NCBI GenBank assembly: GCA_036867785.1
Contig: CP145420.1
Coordinates: forward strand, 806,001-870,000
Length of the DNA: 64,000 bases
Direction of reading: 5' to 3'
Source: Plasmodiophora brassicae
Taxonomy: Eukaryota
Shown here: in pieces, positions 33,761 through 46,631 of the stretch
How the letters are laid out: each line of letters opens with the position of its first letter
Numbering within the stretch: the first letter of the stretch is position 1
Program-made: the position numbers and the translations under genes
The notes under the pieces: model-generated
Told to the model about the DNA's origin: nothing
Seen by the model: the letters and a program-made list of their open reading frames with translations, nothing else
Databases searched by the model: none

Positions 33761-35027
33761 ATGCCGGGTGTGGATCGCTCGCGGCCGTTTGCGGTCGGCG
33801 TGCTGGGCGCGTCCGGGTACACCGGGCGGCTGGTCGTCGAGCGGCTGCGGGCGGCGCGCCCCGACTGGAAGCTGGTCGTGTTCGGCCGGCGCCCGCAGCA
33901 CCTGCGCGCCGCGTTCCAGACGACCAATGTGGACGTGTACGCCGAGCCGGTCGACGTCGACGCGCCGGCCAGCCTCGTCAGCGCCTTCTCGCAGGCGTCC
34001 GTTGTGATCGCCTGCGCCGGCCCGTTCTCGACCCTGGGCGAGCCTGTCGTTCGCGCGTGTATCGCCACGCGAACGCACTACGTCGACATCACGGGCGAGG
34101 TCGACTACATGCGCTCGTTGATCGATCAGTTCTCGCGCGCGCCCATCCTCATCGTGCCCGCGTGCGGGTACGATTCGGTCCCCAGTGACCTGGCCGTTCT
34201 GTACGCCGCCAAGCAATTGCATGCGCCCCTGAAGCGAGCGCGGATCGCGGTCTGGGCCCGTTACCCGTTGGCGTCTTTGATACTAACTGGGGGAGGGCCG
34301 CTAGGTGTCGATGCGAGGCAGCGTTTCAGGTGGGACGTTCAGGACGTTCATCGACACGCTGTCGAAGGCGTCCCAGCAGCAGGACGCTGTTCTCAGCGAC
34401 CCATTCGCGTTGAACGCCGCCGACGACCCCGTCAAGGCGCCGGGGTCGTCGTTCAGCGCTTTCGAATCCGACGATGTCCCCGTAGAGTATGACGCCAGCA
34501 GCGGCCTGTGGACGGGTCCATCGGCCATGGCCCCGATCAACACGCGCGTTGTCCGCCGAACGGCGTCGCTGTCTCGCTGCCGAGGCGCCCTGTCCGATGC
34601 CTACGCCAAGGAATTCGAGTACCGCGAGGTGCAAGCGTCGACATCGCGCCTGGTCGCCATGCTTCCTAAGGCGCTAACCGCGATCAAGCCTGCCCTTCAG
34701 TTCCTGTTCTCCTGGACGCCGGTCAAACGCCTGGTGAGCTATCTGGCGCCGACGGGCGCGAACGAGACCGCTCGTGCCAGGAACTGGTTCGCCTACAAGG
34801 TCGATGCGGAGACGTCGGACGGGTCGCATGCAACCGTGCACCTGAAGGGTCCCGATCCCTACGTCGCCACTGCCGAAACCGTGGCCCTGGCTGCTGTCTG
34901 CATCGTGGAGAACGGCGGCAAGGTCATGCAGCGCGTTGGCGCCGGTGGCGTCTACACGCCCGCGTTCGCTCTCGGGCACGAGTACCTCCAGCTCCTGATG
35001 AAGTCGCCCGTCCTCCAGTTCTCGTAG
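33761..35027 (+). CDS. SCCPDH: Saccharopine dehydrogenase-like oxidoreductase, one intron near 34.26-34.30 kb
   Basis: VLGASGYTG, VIACAGPFSTLGEPVVRAC, HYVDITGE, IVPACGYDSVPSDL, SGGT, MAPINTRVVRR, DPYVATA, GVYTPA. Confidence 0.85.
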
Positions 35028-35078
35028 GCGTTCCCGTATGCAGTACAAAGCGGCACGTGTTGGCTGTTCGTGTTATTG

Positions 35079-36127
35079 TTACTGGCAAGCGCCTGTACCC
35101 GTCCTGCCAGCGTTGCACGTCTGTGTCGCGCCGCACGAGCACGGGGAGCACTGCGGGCCCCAGTAATTCGGTGCACACGACTGGCAATCCGACCCGGCCC
35201 AACCCGTCAGGCACTTGGTGCACTGCCCCGTCCCGTCTCTGCCGTCGTCGCACTGGAACAGCGCGCGCGTGCACTGCTGGCACTGTGCACAATTGGACCC
35301 GTAGTACCCGGGCAGACCTGTTTAGGGGGGGTCCCGTCAGTACAACATCGTTCCCGGGGGCGTGCGGCCGCTGCCTCACATTGGTCGCAGTTCGCTCCCG
35401 TCATGCCTGGCGAGGGGCAACCCTGGATCGGGCGCACCGTCCCACAATCTGTGTACAAGGTTGAGCTGGGCGGTGCGCACGCGACCTGTCTGAAACATGC
35501 GTTAGGCGCGTTCGGCACCAGGTGCGGGTGCGCGCGCGCCGCGACGTACTGTGTCGGAGCGCTCCGTAATTGCAACCGGGAGACGCCCTGGGCCGCCAGG
35601 CTGCTGCCCGGCTGCGCCAGCCACGCCGTCAGGTTCCCGAACACGGCCGACAGGGCCGGCCCACCCATCGGGAATTGCATGGTGACGCTGCTGGGCGCTT
35701 GGGTGACAATCGTCGGGGACGACCCCGGTATGGTCTGCTGGACGAGCGCCATCAGCACCGGCGCGCTGAGCGTCCCGCTGGCGGCAATGAAGTCGGCCTG
35801 GTGGTCGTTCGCAACGGTACCGCCCGACGACGATCCTGTCGACGACGACGCCGATGACGACGATACGATCGGGTTCACGGCGAACACGACGCCAAGGACG
35901 ACCAGGACGACAGCGATCAGGATCAGCAGGTTACGCCGTCGCCGCTCCGACACCGACTTTGGCTTCTTCGTCCTGTCGCGCGCCGGCGACGGCACGCCGT
36001 CGACGACGACGGATTCGGGAGCGGAGATGAACCGCTCCGGCGACGGCGGCGGGACGATCTTCAGGTCCGGCATCCTCCGCTGCCCGTCGTCGATCGCATC
36101 GCCCATCGACTCCTTCTCAGCGCTCAT
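35079..36127 (-). CDS. Type II membrane protein with C-terminal laminin/EGF-like Cys repeats, spliced
   Basis: RRRR followed by TM LLILIAVVLVVLGVVFAV. Final exon reads PGYYGSNCAQC...CDDGRDGTGQCTKCLTGWAGSDCQSCAPNYWGPQCSPCSC...GTGACQ*. Confidence 0.7.
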
Positions 36128-36220
36128 CCTGCATTACACGATACGCTCTGGGGTGGCGCGTGCCTCTTTCGTTCGGGACACCCCACTGATGCTGCGATAA
36201 CGAATCATCACTGTATTGTT

Positions 36221-37531
36221 TCAAGGAAGAGCGTTGACGTTGGCGGCGACAGCGTTGCCAACGGTCAGGCCGGCGATGGCGTCAAAGTCGAAGTGGATGC
36301 CCTGGTACAGGTTGGCGGTGACGACCTCGTCGGCGGCCTCGCTGAAGTTGTGGAACACGTGCGGGGCGAACTGGACCGCCGGGCCGTTCACGACGACGCG
36401 GCGCGCGTCCGGGAACAGACGCGACAGGACGCCGGACGCGGCGCCGGCGAACGCTGTGTGCATCGAGACGAACGACGGGACGTCCGTCGGCGTCAACAGC
36501 CGCGACCGCCACAGGCTGAGGCCCGGTTGCGACGCGATGGCCTGCTGCGGGTTCCAGCTGTTGAACTTGACCTGGGCGTACCGCGTCATGATGCCGGCGT
36601 CGGCGAGCGCCTCCGACACCTTCCAGTAGACGCGCGCCTCGTCGGCGAGCGCCAGCGGCGGGTCCAGAGCGGACATGAAGTCGGCGGCGATGCGGATCCA
36701 GATGGCGGCCGGGCCGAGCGTGTTCGGCCCCAGGTACCAGACGGCGGCGACCTCGGTCTGGTTCGCGTCCTGCGGTTCCTCGATCGACCCGAACGCCTGC
36801 GACTTGATCATCGACCATTGGAACGCGTCGCTGCCGAACGCCGGGGGCGGGACGGCGCCGCTGCTGGCGAACATCGATTCCGAGGACGTGCCCGTTGCGA
36901 ACATGATCGATCCGCACATCGCTGGCGGCGCCGGCGACGCTCCCGAACTGAACTGGCCGAAGCCCAGCTTCCCGGTCACCTGTGGACGCGTCTCGTGTCA
37001 GTCTGCGATGGAGCGCTGGCGATAACGCGCTGCAACCGGGTAGGTGATGCCAGCGAGGCAGGTGGCGTCGTGCAGGCGGATGCCGTTGTAGTACTGGGCG
37101 ATCGATTCGCCGAGAGCGACCTCGCCGGGGAAGACGTCGGCGTAGTTGGGCGGGAAGTTGCCGAGACGGTTCTGGATCAGGGTCGGGAAGTTGTTGCTGG
37201 TGAGCAGGTTCTGCAGGTTGGAGAGGGCGATGAGGAGCGTGAGGTTGACGTGCAGGCATGAGGAGGACGGTGGGACGGTCGGGGTGGTGAACGCGGGCGG
37301 ATGCGGGTTCCCGGATAGGACGTTGGCGATGTCGAAGAACATGCCGTTGACGATGGCGAGATCGCGAGCGACCTGAACCGGGTCTTGACGAACGGCAGCG
37401 ACGCCCAGCTGGGCTTGCCAGTACCGAGCCTCGTCCCTGCCTTCGTTCACCGATGCGGTGCAGTCGTCACCTTGAACGGGGGCCATGATCGCCGCAAGCG
37501 CCATCACCAGCATTACCGTCGCCGCCGCCAT
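36221..37531 (-). CDS. Secreted vanadium haloperoxidase/PAP2-fold protein with degenerate active site, one intron near 36.98-37.04 kb
   Basis: Signal peptide MAAATVMLVMALAAIMAPVQG; ALADAGI...KFNSWNP, PSFVSMHTAFAGAA, FSEAADEV..ANLYQGIHFDFD...GLTVG. Confidence 0.75.
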
Positions 37532-38480
37532 GTTAGACTATGAGCACGATCCATGCAGGACCAGACACGCTCGAGCAAAGGCAGCGCGTGCCACCATGCC
37601 AGATATCGCTGCGATATCTCTTGTTCGTGCGCCCCACCGAACCTGGCGATCGCCCTTCGTGTACCGTCATCGTGGGCATGAAACGTCATGATCAGATCTT
37701 TCCGAACGAATTCATTGACGCAAGAGGAGGCGACACGAAGAACGGCAATCGCCGTTACCTGTGGAACTTGGAGCAGCTCCCAAGGGTCCCTACCGGAAGG
37801 CGATTCACGCAGTTAACCGATTCCGATCCAGGCATTAACCAGTTAACCATAGTCGTCGGTTGACAATCGGGTCAATCGCGAACCGGGACCGCAATAGGTG
37901 CCCTGTCGCCGCGATGCCGCCGCGGACTGACGCTGGTTTCGCGCGCTTGAGACTGCGGACGTTGGCGCTCCTGCCTTCTGGATCCAACCACCAACGCTCG
38001 AAATCCAGTAGGTCGACATGCAGGTGTTGCTGCCTGTTGTATTTGCGGCGATCGCGTCGGCTGCGTCGATGTATGAATGCGAGGATCTGCGATGGTATCT
38101 GTTGAATCGCGATACGAGAGCAAGGGTAGTCGAACAGCACTGGAAAAATAGGAGTGCCAAATTGGTGCCCCTACCTTCCCCGAGTGCCGAGGAAAGTGCC
38201 GATTCCAGGAGCCAACAATAGGGAAGTGCCGATGTGGTGCAGGTGCATATCCTGGAGTGCCGAAATAGTGCCAACAGGTCCAACGCGCCAAAAAAGATTG
38301 TGACGTCAAGCCGCCGGAATGCCCCATTTTTTGCGCCAGTCGTTGACTTCCGATCGTCGTGTTCGATCTGTGGACGATCGTTGTACCTGTGTGTGGGACG
38401 CGACAACGGCACCAAACTCTAGCTCACCTCGCTTCGACGGCTTCGTCTGGATCTGGCTATCGTCCATCCGGTTGGATACC

Positions 38481-41400
38481 ATGGAGGATGCTAACCCCAT
38501 CATTCGTGCATTTCCACGAGAAGGCTTTCTTGCCGCCGATGCAAGAAACGACCCTATTCTGAACCCGCGCCATGGTGTCGGCATCCCTGACGAAATGGAT
38601 CGTCCGATCAGACAAACAATGGCTGTATCCTGGCTTCATGATGGTCCGCCGTTAATCGATTTCGACTTCACGGCCGGCTTATCAGACGACGTTGCAGGGA
38701 TGTCTGCCGACCACATCCGGTCGGCGGAATTCCTTCGGAAGTACCGGAATGAGGTCGTCCTATCCGAGTTCCTCAAAGTCGAGATTCCGAAGCGCCTGGT
38801 TTCGTTGCAGGTGGATCCGTCCTCCATACGTGCGCTGGAGTGCTTGGATGAGTTTGCCCGCGGGCAGCATACGCAGGCGTCCCTGTGTCGCTCATTAGAA
38901 CGACTAAGCAAGGATGACGTAAGGCGCCAGGCCGAGTATACGAAATTCGTAAGCACCGTGTCTGACGAACGTTAGCTGTGTCTCTAATTCTGGTAGTTTA
39001 AGGAATACGCTGCCAGCAAGGGCTGTCCTGTGGACGACCTTGAAGAATGTTTAAACGCCGATCCTGTTCTTTCGCTGCAACGTTCTGGGGGCATCACCAC
39101 TCTTGCCCAGCTACGCTCCTATCTGTCGGAGTCGGGCGTTTCGATACCGTCCCTCGAGTATCGCGTTTGCTGCAACGGTCACATGTGGCCAGCCTGCGAC
39201 TCTCCACCGGACCAGGAGTGCTGCTCGAAGGCATCCGAACGTTTCTTCTACTTTTCCCGCATCCTATTTCTCCAATCGTTGTTTCGGTCGGCACACATGT
39301 CTGGCATCATTCGGTCGGAAATCGACCGACATCGAAATATTCTCTTGGGAGTTCGTTCTTCTGACACCATTCGCGACTGGACAGACGGCCAGTATTTCAA
39401 AGATACGTATGGTCCTTTCATGCTGGAGGCGCTGCGCTTCAACGAATACCCTCTTGCGGTGACGTCTGGCATTGACGGCGCCGACGTCTTGAGATGGGGA
39501 TCGGAATCGGTTACTCCGCTCATTCAGATACTCTTGAGTCTGCCTCCTGAGGTCCGGTGTAACCTCGGCCTTATCCATGCAGTCGGTTTAATACCGCACA
39601 TCGCGCGAGGTCATCGTGCAGCGTTTCTTCGCCTCGACACGTTCGAATTAAACCTGATGTTCCAACTCGGGTTCCCTGTGTTCGATGCGACAACTGGGAC
39701 GGCAACTGCAAGGGCAGTTCTATCGTGTGCTGTACGTACTCCCTTCTCCATCTGCTCGTGTCATTTCTGCTTACATATATCCAATTTGTGACAGACATTA
39801 GATTACAAAGAGTTCAGCCTCACAACTCGTTGCTCCCAAGGCGGAAAGCTGGACGCCTGCAACCGGTGTCACGTTCAAGGCTATCATTTCGCGGCGAGCC
39901 ACGCTACTGTGTTTCCAGGTCTTTGGCGATGGTCTTCTGAAGACGTCCGAGAGGCTGTAAGCCGCTATAATATTCACGATTTGCACGGCCGTCTAAGACT
40001 TTGTACTCAGATGAGCAGATCGTTTTTCACGTCGATGACCGAACTGGGAAGAAGTAAGTTCCCGGAAAGTCCAGACGACCGAGATCGCGATCGAACTAGA
40101 CGGCAGGAATGCCAGTTTCTCAAGGATGCTCAACCGAAACTGGATTCCGAGATGCGTCTGCGAATGACATCTGGTGATACCGGTGGGCATCGAGTCCCTG
40201 GCCATGACATTTATTCAGTCGGATTATTGAGCGGGTTCGGCCATGCTTCGCAGTACGTGCATGATCCCATGCATGCATTCTGTATGCGTGTTATCCCGCG
40301 TCTGGTCAAGTGCTTCGATTGGCATGGGAATGGCAAAGAATTGCTTTCTCCAGAGGTTTGATCGCAATTTGTTGTACTTCATCGTCAAACTCATTTGCGG
40401 ATTAGATCGATCGTGCGTTTGGTCGCGTTGTTCCCGACGTTCCCGTGTTGACGATTCCCAACAATCGCCGTTTTCCAGCGACGACTTTGGCTTCGTCTGC
40501 TGCAAGGCAGATTGGTAGTGCGATAGAGTCGTTGGAGTGGCCCACCGGAAACTGTGACCGCCCGAAGAACCCGTACCAGTCTTCGATGAAATCTCACGAT
40601 TGGCTGATTTGGGCAAGTGATGTCGGAATCGCCATCTTTGCGGGTTTGATTGGCACGGCCCTGTTCAACAGTTCCGATTCTGCCCTATCCTGGGGAACTG
40701 TTTTCGCTTTCATGCACTCATCGATGATGATTCTGTCGAAGTCCTTCGACCGGTCGTCGTTCGACACTGTGGCGCAAACGTTCCTCGATGCGTGTGCCCG
40801 GCTGGAAACTGTAATTCCTGGCAAGCTGTTGACGATATCGGTACGTGCCCCGATTATCAATGTCGTATCTGTACATTCATCGCCGCACTGTTGCCGTTCA
40901 GATGCATTCGATGATCCACCTTCCGGAAGTCATTCGCCAATGGGGCCCTCTTTCTGGTTTCGTATGGACCTATCCAATGGAACGGTGGATCAAGAGGATG
41001 AAGTCGATCCTGACAGCCACGCAAGGCTTCACAATGAACATCGCCGGCAACGTTCAGCTGATCTCCGCGGCAGCGTTGCTGAGGCTAGACCTACACAGTA
41101 TGTACATGTTCGACAACGACAACCCGTTTCTGTTCGGGTGCCCGGACTCGTTTCCGGCGTCGCTACCGATTGAATTCAAAGGCGAAATCAAGGCGTACGT
41201 GCTGAACACTATGGAGCGAGCCTGGCTGCATGCGACACTGGTCGACGAGGAGCAGTGGCCCAGCTTACGCAACCATCCGTGGAGGCGCAAGTACGTTCAG
41301 CTTGTCGAGCAGTTCGAACGTTCGACTGGCGTTCAGATATCCTCGTATCACCACGTCAGGCGCCAGCTGTCAAACTTTGACGCTTTTTGTCAGACTGGGG

Positions 41401-42022
41401 ACATTCAGCAGCAGTACCATGGTCTATGCCTTCCAAGTCGCCTGGATTGCTGCGATCGTCTTCTAGTCGGTACGTCTTTCGTAGGGCGGATGCTGCTGTT
41501 AATCGTATTTAATCGTTGCAATTCTTAGGTGCGTGTCTCTTTCGAACACATGATGCTGATACCTCCTACCGGAAGTCGAGCAATCGTCACTTCTTGGCGA
41601 ACTTCACTGACGACGGCCTGTACCTTGGAACAGCCGAAATGTTCTGCATGCTGGAGTTACCGTATTACGATGGTCATGGCCAATCTACCCTTTTCCCGAT
41701 CATCCGCGTTTCCGCCTGGAAGAAGCTCAAGCGTGTTGGGGGATCTGTCGGCGGGAGACTGCCGCAGTTCATCAGAGGTTCGCATGCTCTTCGTGGATGT
41801 TTCTCATGTATTGATTTGTACATTTGTTCAGGCAATCCTATCCGTCCTGGCGATGACGAATCGCCCTGGGTTGCTGCCAATGAGATCGAAAGCAACAATG
41901 TCGTCCTTGTTGCCTGCCAAATTCCGTGTGGTGGCCGTCATGTACACGCTAAACTCGTCTGCGTAGTTCCTCGTGGCAACATGGCACCGAGCTGTCTATA
42001 TTCTACAGTGCCCAACGAATAA
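38481..42022 (+). CDS. EnSpm/Transposase_21-like transposase, multi-exon
   Basis: CCNGH, DWTDG, GIDG, HDPMH, MKSHDW, HSMIHL...WGPL...WTYPMER in order across intron-separated ORFs. Confidence 0.8.
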
Positions 42023-42134
42023 AAACATTCTGCACGGCGCGTCTAACCTTCACAACCGTAGCGCCTGAGCGGGCGCCCCTTTCGCAGCGCCGGCTCGGTA
42101 GTTCCCCACCAGGGCACCGTTTTCTTCCGTCCCG

Positions 42135-43069
42135 ATGGGGCCCTCTCCACCACACGATTGTCGAATGGGGCCCGACGCTGTTCCTCCACCACTCACTGAC
42201 AAGGTGGCGCGCGATCCAAATTCCGATCCGGGCCCCGACACCGACGACGACTTGGCACCCGCATCCTCATTCTTCAAATGCCATCGGCAGCAGACGCATC
42301 GGTATACGAACGGTTCGCAGCGCAAGGACCTCACCGGGCCCTGACGCCGGAGCGCAAGGTTCTGTGCGCTTGGTTTCCTGGTCTGTATGCCAGGTATTCG
42401 TTTGTGTGTGTCCGAAGTCAAGGACGTTAATTGCTCTCGTTTATCAGTGTGTACACGTCAGGCCATCGGGAGCGGAACTGTCCCACTAAGAACGCCGTCC
42501 TGCATCAGAGAATCCTGGCGGAGGCGGCGGTACAGCTGGGCTTAATTGCCCGCTCAAGAGTGGACCATGGAAGACACCCGCCAGCGTATGTCGATTGTTT
42601 GGAATTCCACTTTATATGCGTTTCTAATTTGCCGAAGTCATCAAGCAGTACAGGAGGGCGCTACACAGAAGGACGGGGCAGGTTCGTCGCAGGACCTCAT
42701 CAAATGCCATCTTCCGTGACCTCTCACGTACTCGACCACGTCTGCCTCCGGCGTTTGATTTGATAACAGTCAGCTTGATGTGCAGTACGGAACGATAACC
42801 TATTCCAGTTCCTATTCCAGTTGAGGAACGAGTACATCCAAGCGGCGGAGGAACCCGTCTTCGCCAGCACCTCATTTTATTCTTTATTCTCGGGCGCGAT
42901 CAAGGCGGCGCTGCGGGACGCGGTACGTATTCGACGGTTCTGGCGACTCCATTACTTACAATGCGTTCGGATGCAGTCCCAGTATCAAGTGCCTTCGCAT
43001 CCGGCTGGCCCCAATGGTACGCAACGACAGCGTTTAACATCATGTGTTCCCTCATTGCGTTATGTATGA
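42135..43069 (+). CDS. Probable second CACTA ORF with Cys/His (zinc-knuckle-like) segments, spliced
   Basis: FFKCHRQQTH, GHRERNCP and FWRLHYLQC in short plus-strand ORFs within the element. Confidence 0.35.
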
Positions 43070-44038
43070 ATATAGGCGGCCTTGCGGGTAGGGGCGGTGG
43101 AGGGTACGACCGTTGTTGTTCACATCCAGTTGCATCATTTGACATGCAGGTTTTAGGCCCTGAGGATGTTCGTGGGTGGCGGACAATGAAGCTCTGCCAC
43201 TTAGGCGATCCGGAAGGCATATTGGCGTCGTGGTTAACGGCGGATCGGCGCCCATCAAGAAACAGCTACCGTTCAATAAACCATTCGTTAATCTTATTCT
43301 ATTCTATTGTTAACGGCAATACCAAATACGATAGTGTCTCAGAATCTGGGGTACCATTCTATTCTATTACTGGACGGAGCAAAAATTCAATCGAGATTTT
43401 TGGAGAATGCCCGTGGAGCGCATTTTTTGGGAAATCCGGTCCCGAAAACGGCACTTAATTGGCACTACCTAGTGCCGAATTGGTGCCGCTAAACGCCGAA
43501 AAGGTGCCGATTGGGTAATGAAGGGGACGGCACTAATTCGGCACTGATATTTTTCCAGTGCAGACAGCCAAACTGGAGCACCTGGCGACATGGTCGGATG
43601 CAGTTCTTGGTCAAGATGGCGGGAACGATGCCTTCGTGACAGCAAACGGGACGGTGGCGTTAAACACAGTGGCCGTGACGTCGCGGCGAAGCATGGTACT
43701 CGGGCATAAACGCATCATGGGATGTTTCTTCCATGCCTGCACGATCCGCGACATGGTGCAGGCACGGACAACGCCACCTGGCGTTCGCAAGCGCCGCGCC
43801 CGGTTCACCCTCAGACATGATCGTCGAACTCCCAGAGCTGGCACCCACCTGAGGACCTCCACCATAATGACCACAATCTAGGAGTGTCTCATTACAGCAT
43901 GTCAATCGTAAGACGTCCCGGTCATTTGACAACGGCCATCTGAGGATCGGGTCATCAAGTAGCTCACAGATGCGACGAAGACGATACGGTGGCGCACGAC
44001 TAGGGCAAGCAACGCGTGTGCCGGCTCAAAGATACAAG

Positions 44039-44294
44039 TCAGACCGGTTGTGATCCGGTGCGAATGGCTCGCAGGTCAGGTAGTTGACGACGAGCTGCCT
44101 CGCATAGTGTCTTCTTGGCCGATGGGGTGTGCAGGTGCAGGTGTAGGTCCATGCGAACGCCGTCCTTGACAGCATCTGTGATGCCAACGAGGTTGTTGTC
44201 AACAGCCGATATACCGTCCAGAGGCCGGCCGGGCCGCGGGCTCAGAGACGGTTCCGACGTGAGCATCCGGATAAGGCAACATTGAATCGGCCAT
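44039..44294 (-). pseudogene. Small-TM family copy F (frameshifted, TM segment lost)
   Basis: MADSMLPYPDAHVGTVSEPAAR, then LDGISAVDNNLVGITDAVKDGVRMDLHLHLHTPSAKKTLC. Confidence 0.7.
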
Positions 44295-44665
44295 TACAAC
44301 CTGTGATCGTTCGCATGAGAGGTGCGTTATTGTTCGCCACCATGAGCACCTGAAGAACACTATACCGCGGAAACGGCGCACGCGCCCTCCCACTCGGTCC
44401 CGTGTGGTAATGCCGCACACCTGTACTCGACTTCCCGACGCTGTTGCCCGGCACAACAAGAGGCTCTGACGACATACAGTGCGGGAAGTCTATAGGCAGT
44501 AAATAAGTCCCGGCTTCTACAGAGGACTTGGGATATCGACATGTAAGGAGTAACGTTGCGCCTTGATGCGAGGAACCGATTGAGCAATGATCCTAAAAGT
44601 AGACCAGTCCCAAATTTTCAGACGCCACCTATTTTTAGAAAATATGCCAGCTGGCCAAACCAGCA

Positions 44666-46631
44666 ATGCCGCGCCCAACTGCGCGATCGAGACGGGCGAT
44701 CGCTGCCGCCACCCGTTCTGTTGCTGCTAGAGACGGCACTGCTGCATCCGCTGCGAGCGTCGCGTTGAGCGATGCCACGCGTGTCCTCAGCGTCCCCGTG
44801 CAGGGAGCGGTGTCGAACAACGCTAGCGTGGCGATCGATATTCCCAAACTGCCTTCTCCCAGTCCATGCCCCGAATCATCATCGACTTCCGAATCAACGT
44901 TGACGTCGGGAAATTCATCCGAGTACTGGAGATCTGCCTGGTCGGACGAGTCCACGGCGGCACTCGTCGATGCAGTGATCGCCAAGGTTCCTTGCCACGA
45001 ACTGCCAAGCGCGGACCATACAAGGGCGACAGCAGGAGCACCAAATTTCGCAAAGCGGCTGCCACGAAAGAGATCAAAAGGTCCAACCGCAGCATTCTGG
45101 ATTTCATCATCCGGACGCCGGCGCCGTCATCTCCAAGTAGACCCGACGACAGCGATGTTTCCAGCATGGACGCGAGCGGGCTTGGCAACGACGACGGATT
45201 CGACCCCAACTTGCCGCCTCCGCTTCAGTGAACCAGGCGAAGAGCCGATGGCACCCTACAATGCAGACTGCGAAGACGACTCTGTAGCGAGCTTGCGCCG
45301 TCGCATGATCACTCAGGCCGACCTGGACGCGGCCAAGTCTGCCATCAAGGCGCAACGCAACCTGCCCAAGATGCCCGACGACCTCAGCGTCCTCCGTTGC
45401 ATTGAGCACTGCTGGTTCAACTTGTTGCGACAGCCGAGCCGGACGCGCGCGCGAGCCGGACGTGACGCCGTTCTTCATATTCTGCAGAAGGGTAGGCTTT
45501 GTTTGCAAGTGGTACCTGCTGTAAATCTACATATGGAATGTGATCCTGTACTTCATAGAATCGACACATGCGGCGCGACGCGTGCGGAACCTGGCGCTGG
45601 AATCTCAGCGCACTGGCGACGTCAACGAGTCCGGTCAGGGTCGCCATGCCAAGCGCAATCGAATAATCGACATTGAGTTTGTTCACGCCGATTGCACGGC
45701 AATGCTTGATGATCGTCGTCGTACTTCAGCGCGCCAGTTCCATGAGTGGCTGAACCAGTACCTGGAGCATCATGGGTCCCAGATGGTCACGGAGCGCACG
45801 TCGCGCAAGTCGCTGACGATCGACCTGGGGTTCCGCCGCCACAGTCGCAAGAAGGGCGTTTATTACAACGGTCACGACCGCGAAGACGTGCAGCAGTACT
45901 TGCACGATGTGTACATTCCTGCGCTGGAGCGGATTGACTCGCGCTGCCGCAAGTACTACGGCGACACCATGGAGGTCGAATTCCAACGCGAGAACATCTC
46001 GCTGCCCGAGATTCGGAAGTTCTTCCATGACGAGTCGATCTTCTACACCGACGACGCCGAGAAGCACTATTATGCTCGAGATGGCGACCAGGTGCTGCGG
46101 AAGAAGAGTCTCGGCCGCTGTTTGCACGTGTCGGACATGATCAGCGAAGATTGCGGGTTCCTCGACCTCCAGAAGGCTCTGTCATCTTCCGGATACGAGC
46201 AGTTACAGCGGGCCGGGACGCTACCAGCCAACACCAAATCACGCGGTATCATCCGTCCTGGCAAGAACGCCGACGGCTGGTGGGACCACGAGCAACTCGT
46301 CAATCAGGTGATCCATTTTATGGATCTGTTCGAGATCGCTTACCCGGGAGAAATCGTCTGCCTGTTCTTCGACTGCTCGGCCAACCACGCGGCGTTCGCC
46401 AAAGACGCGCTTGTGGTGAACCGCATGAACATCAATCCCGGTGGCAAACAGAGCGTTATGCGTGACGCACCGTTTGTGCACAAGTGCAGAGGCATCTGCC
46501 ACTTGACCAGCAAGTACACGTGCCTCAGTCGATGGTGTACGCCAACGATCATGAGCACTCTGTCGGCCTGGCGAAGGGCATGCGCGCCGTTGCGACCGAG
46601 CGCGGATTGGTCGACGTCGACCAATCCGCGC
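44666..46631 (+). pseudogene. IS630/Tc1-like DDE transposase, truncated by fold-back inversion
   Basis: KKGVYYNGHDREDV, FFHDESIFY, LRKKSLGRCLHVSD, IIRPGKNADGWW, FEIAYPG...FFDCSANH, MNINPGGKQSVMRD, AKGMRAVATERGL. Frameshift near 46485. The 5' boundary is approximate. Confidence 0.75.

Larger units (their letters stand above)
38138..43560. mobile_element. Complete CACTA/EnSpm (CMC) DNA transposon (5423 bp)
   Basis: TIR CACTGGAAAAATA (13 bp perfect, ~32 bp imperfect), TSD CAG at 38135-38137 and 43561-43563, subterminal GTGCC repeats at both ends. Confidence 0.92.
38018..43881 (+). pseudogene. Secreted effector-like gene split by the CACTA element (38018-38137 plus 43564-43881; 145 aa when rejoined)
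   Basis: MQVLLPVVFAAIASAASMYECEDLRWYLLNRDTRARVVEQ joins in frame to TAKLEHL...ACTIRD...PPGVRKRRARF. Both halves align to the 47318 ORF. Confidence 0.85.
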
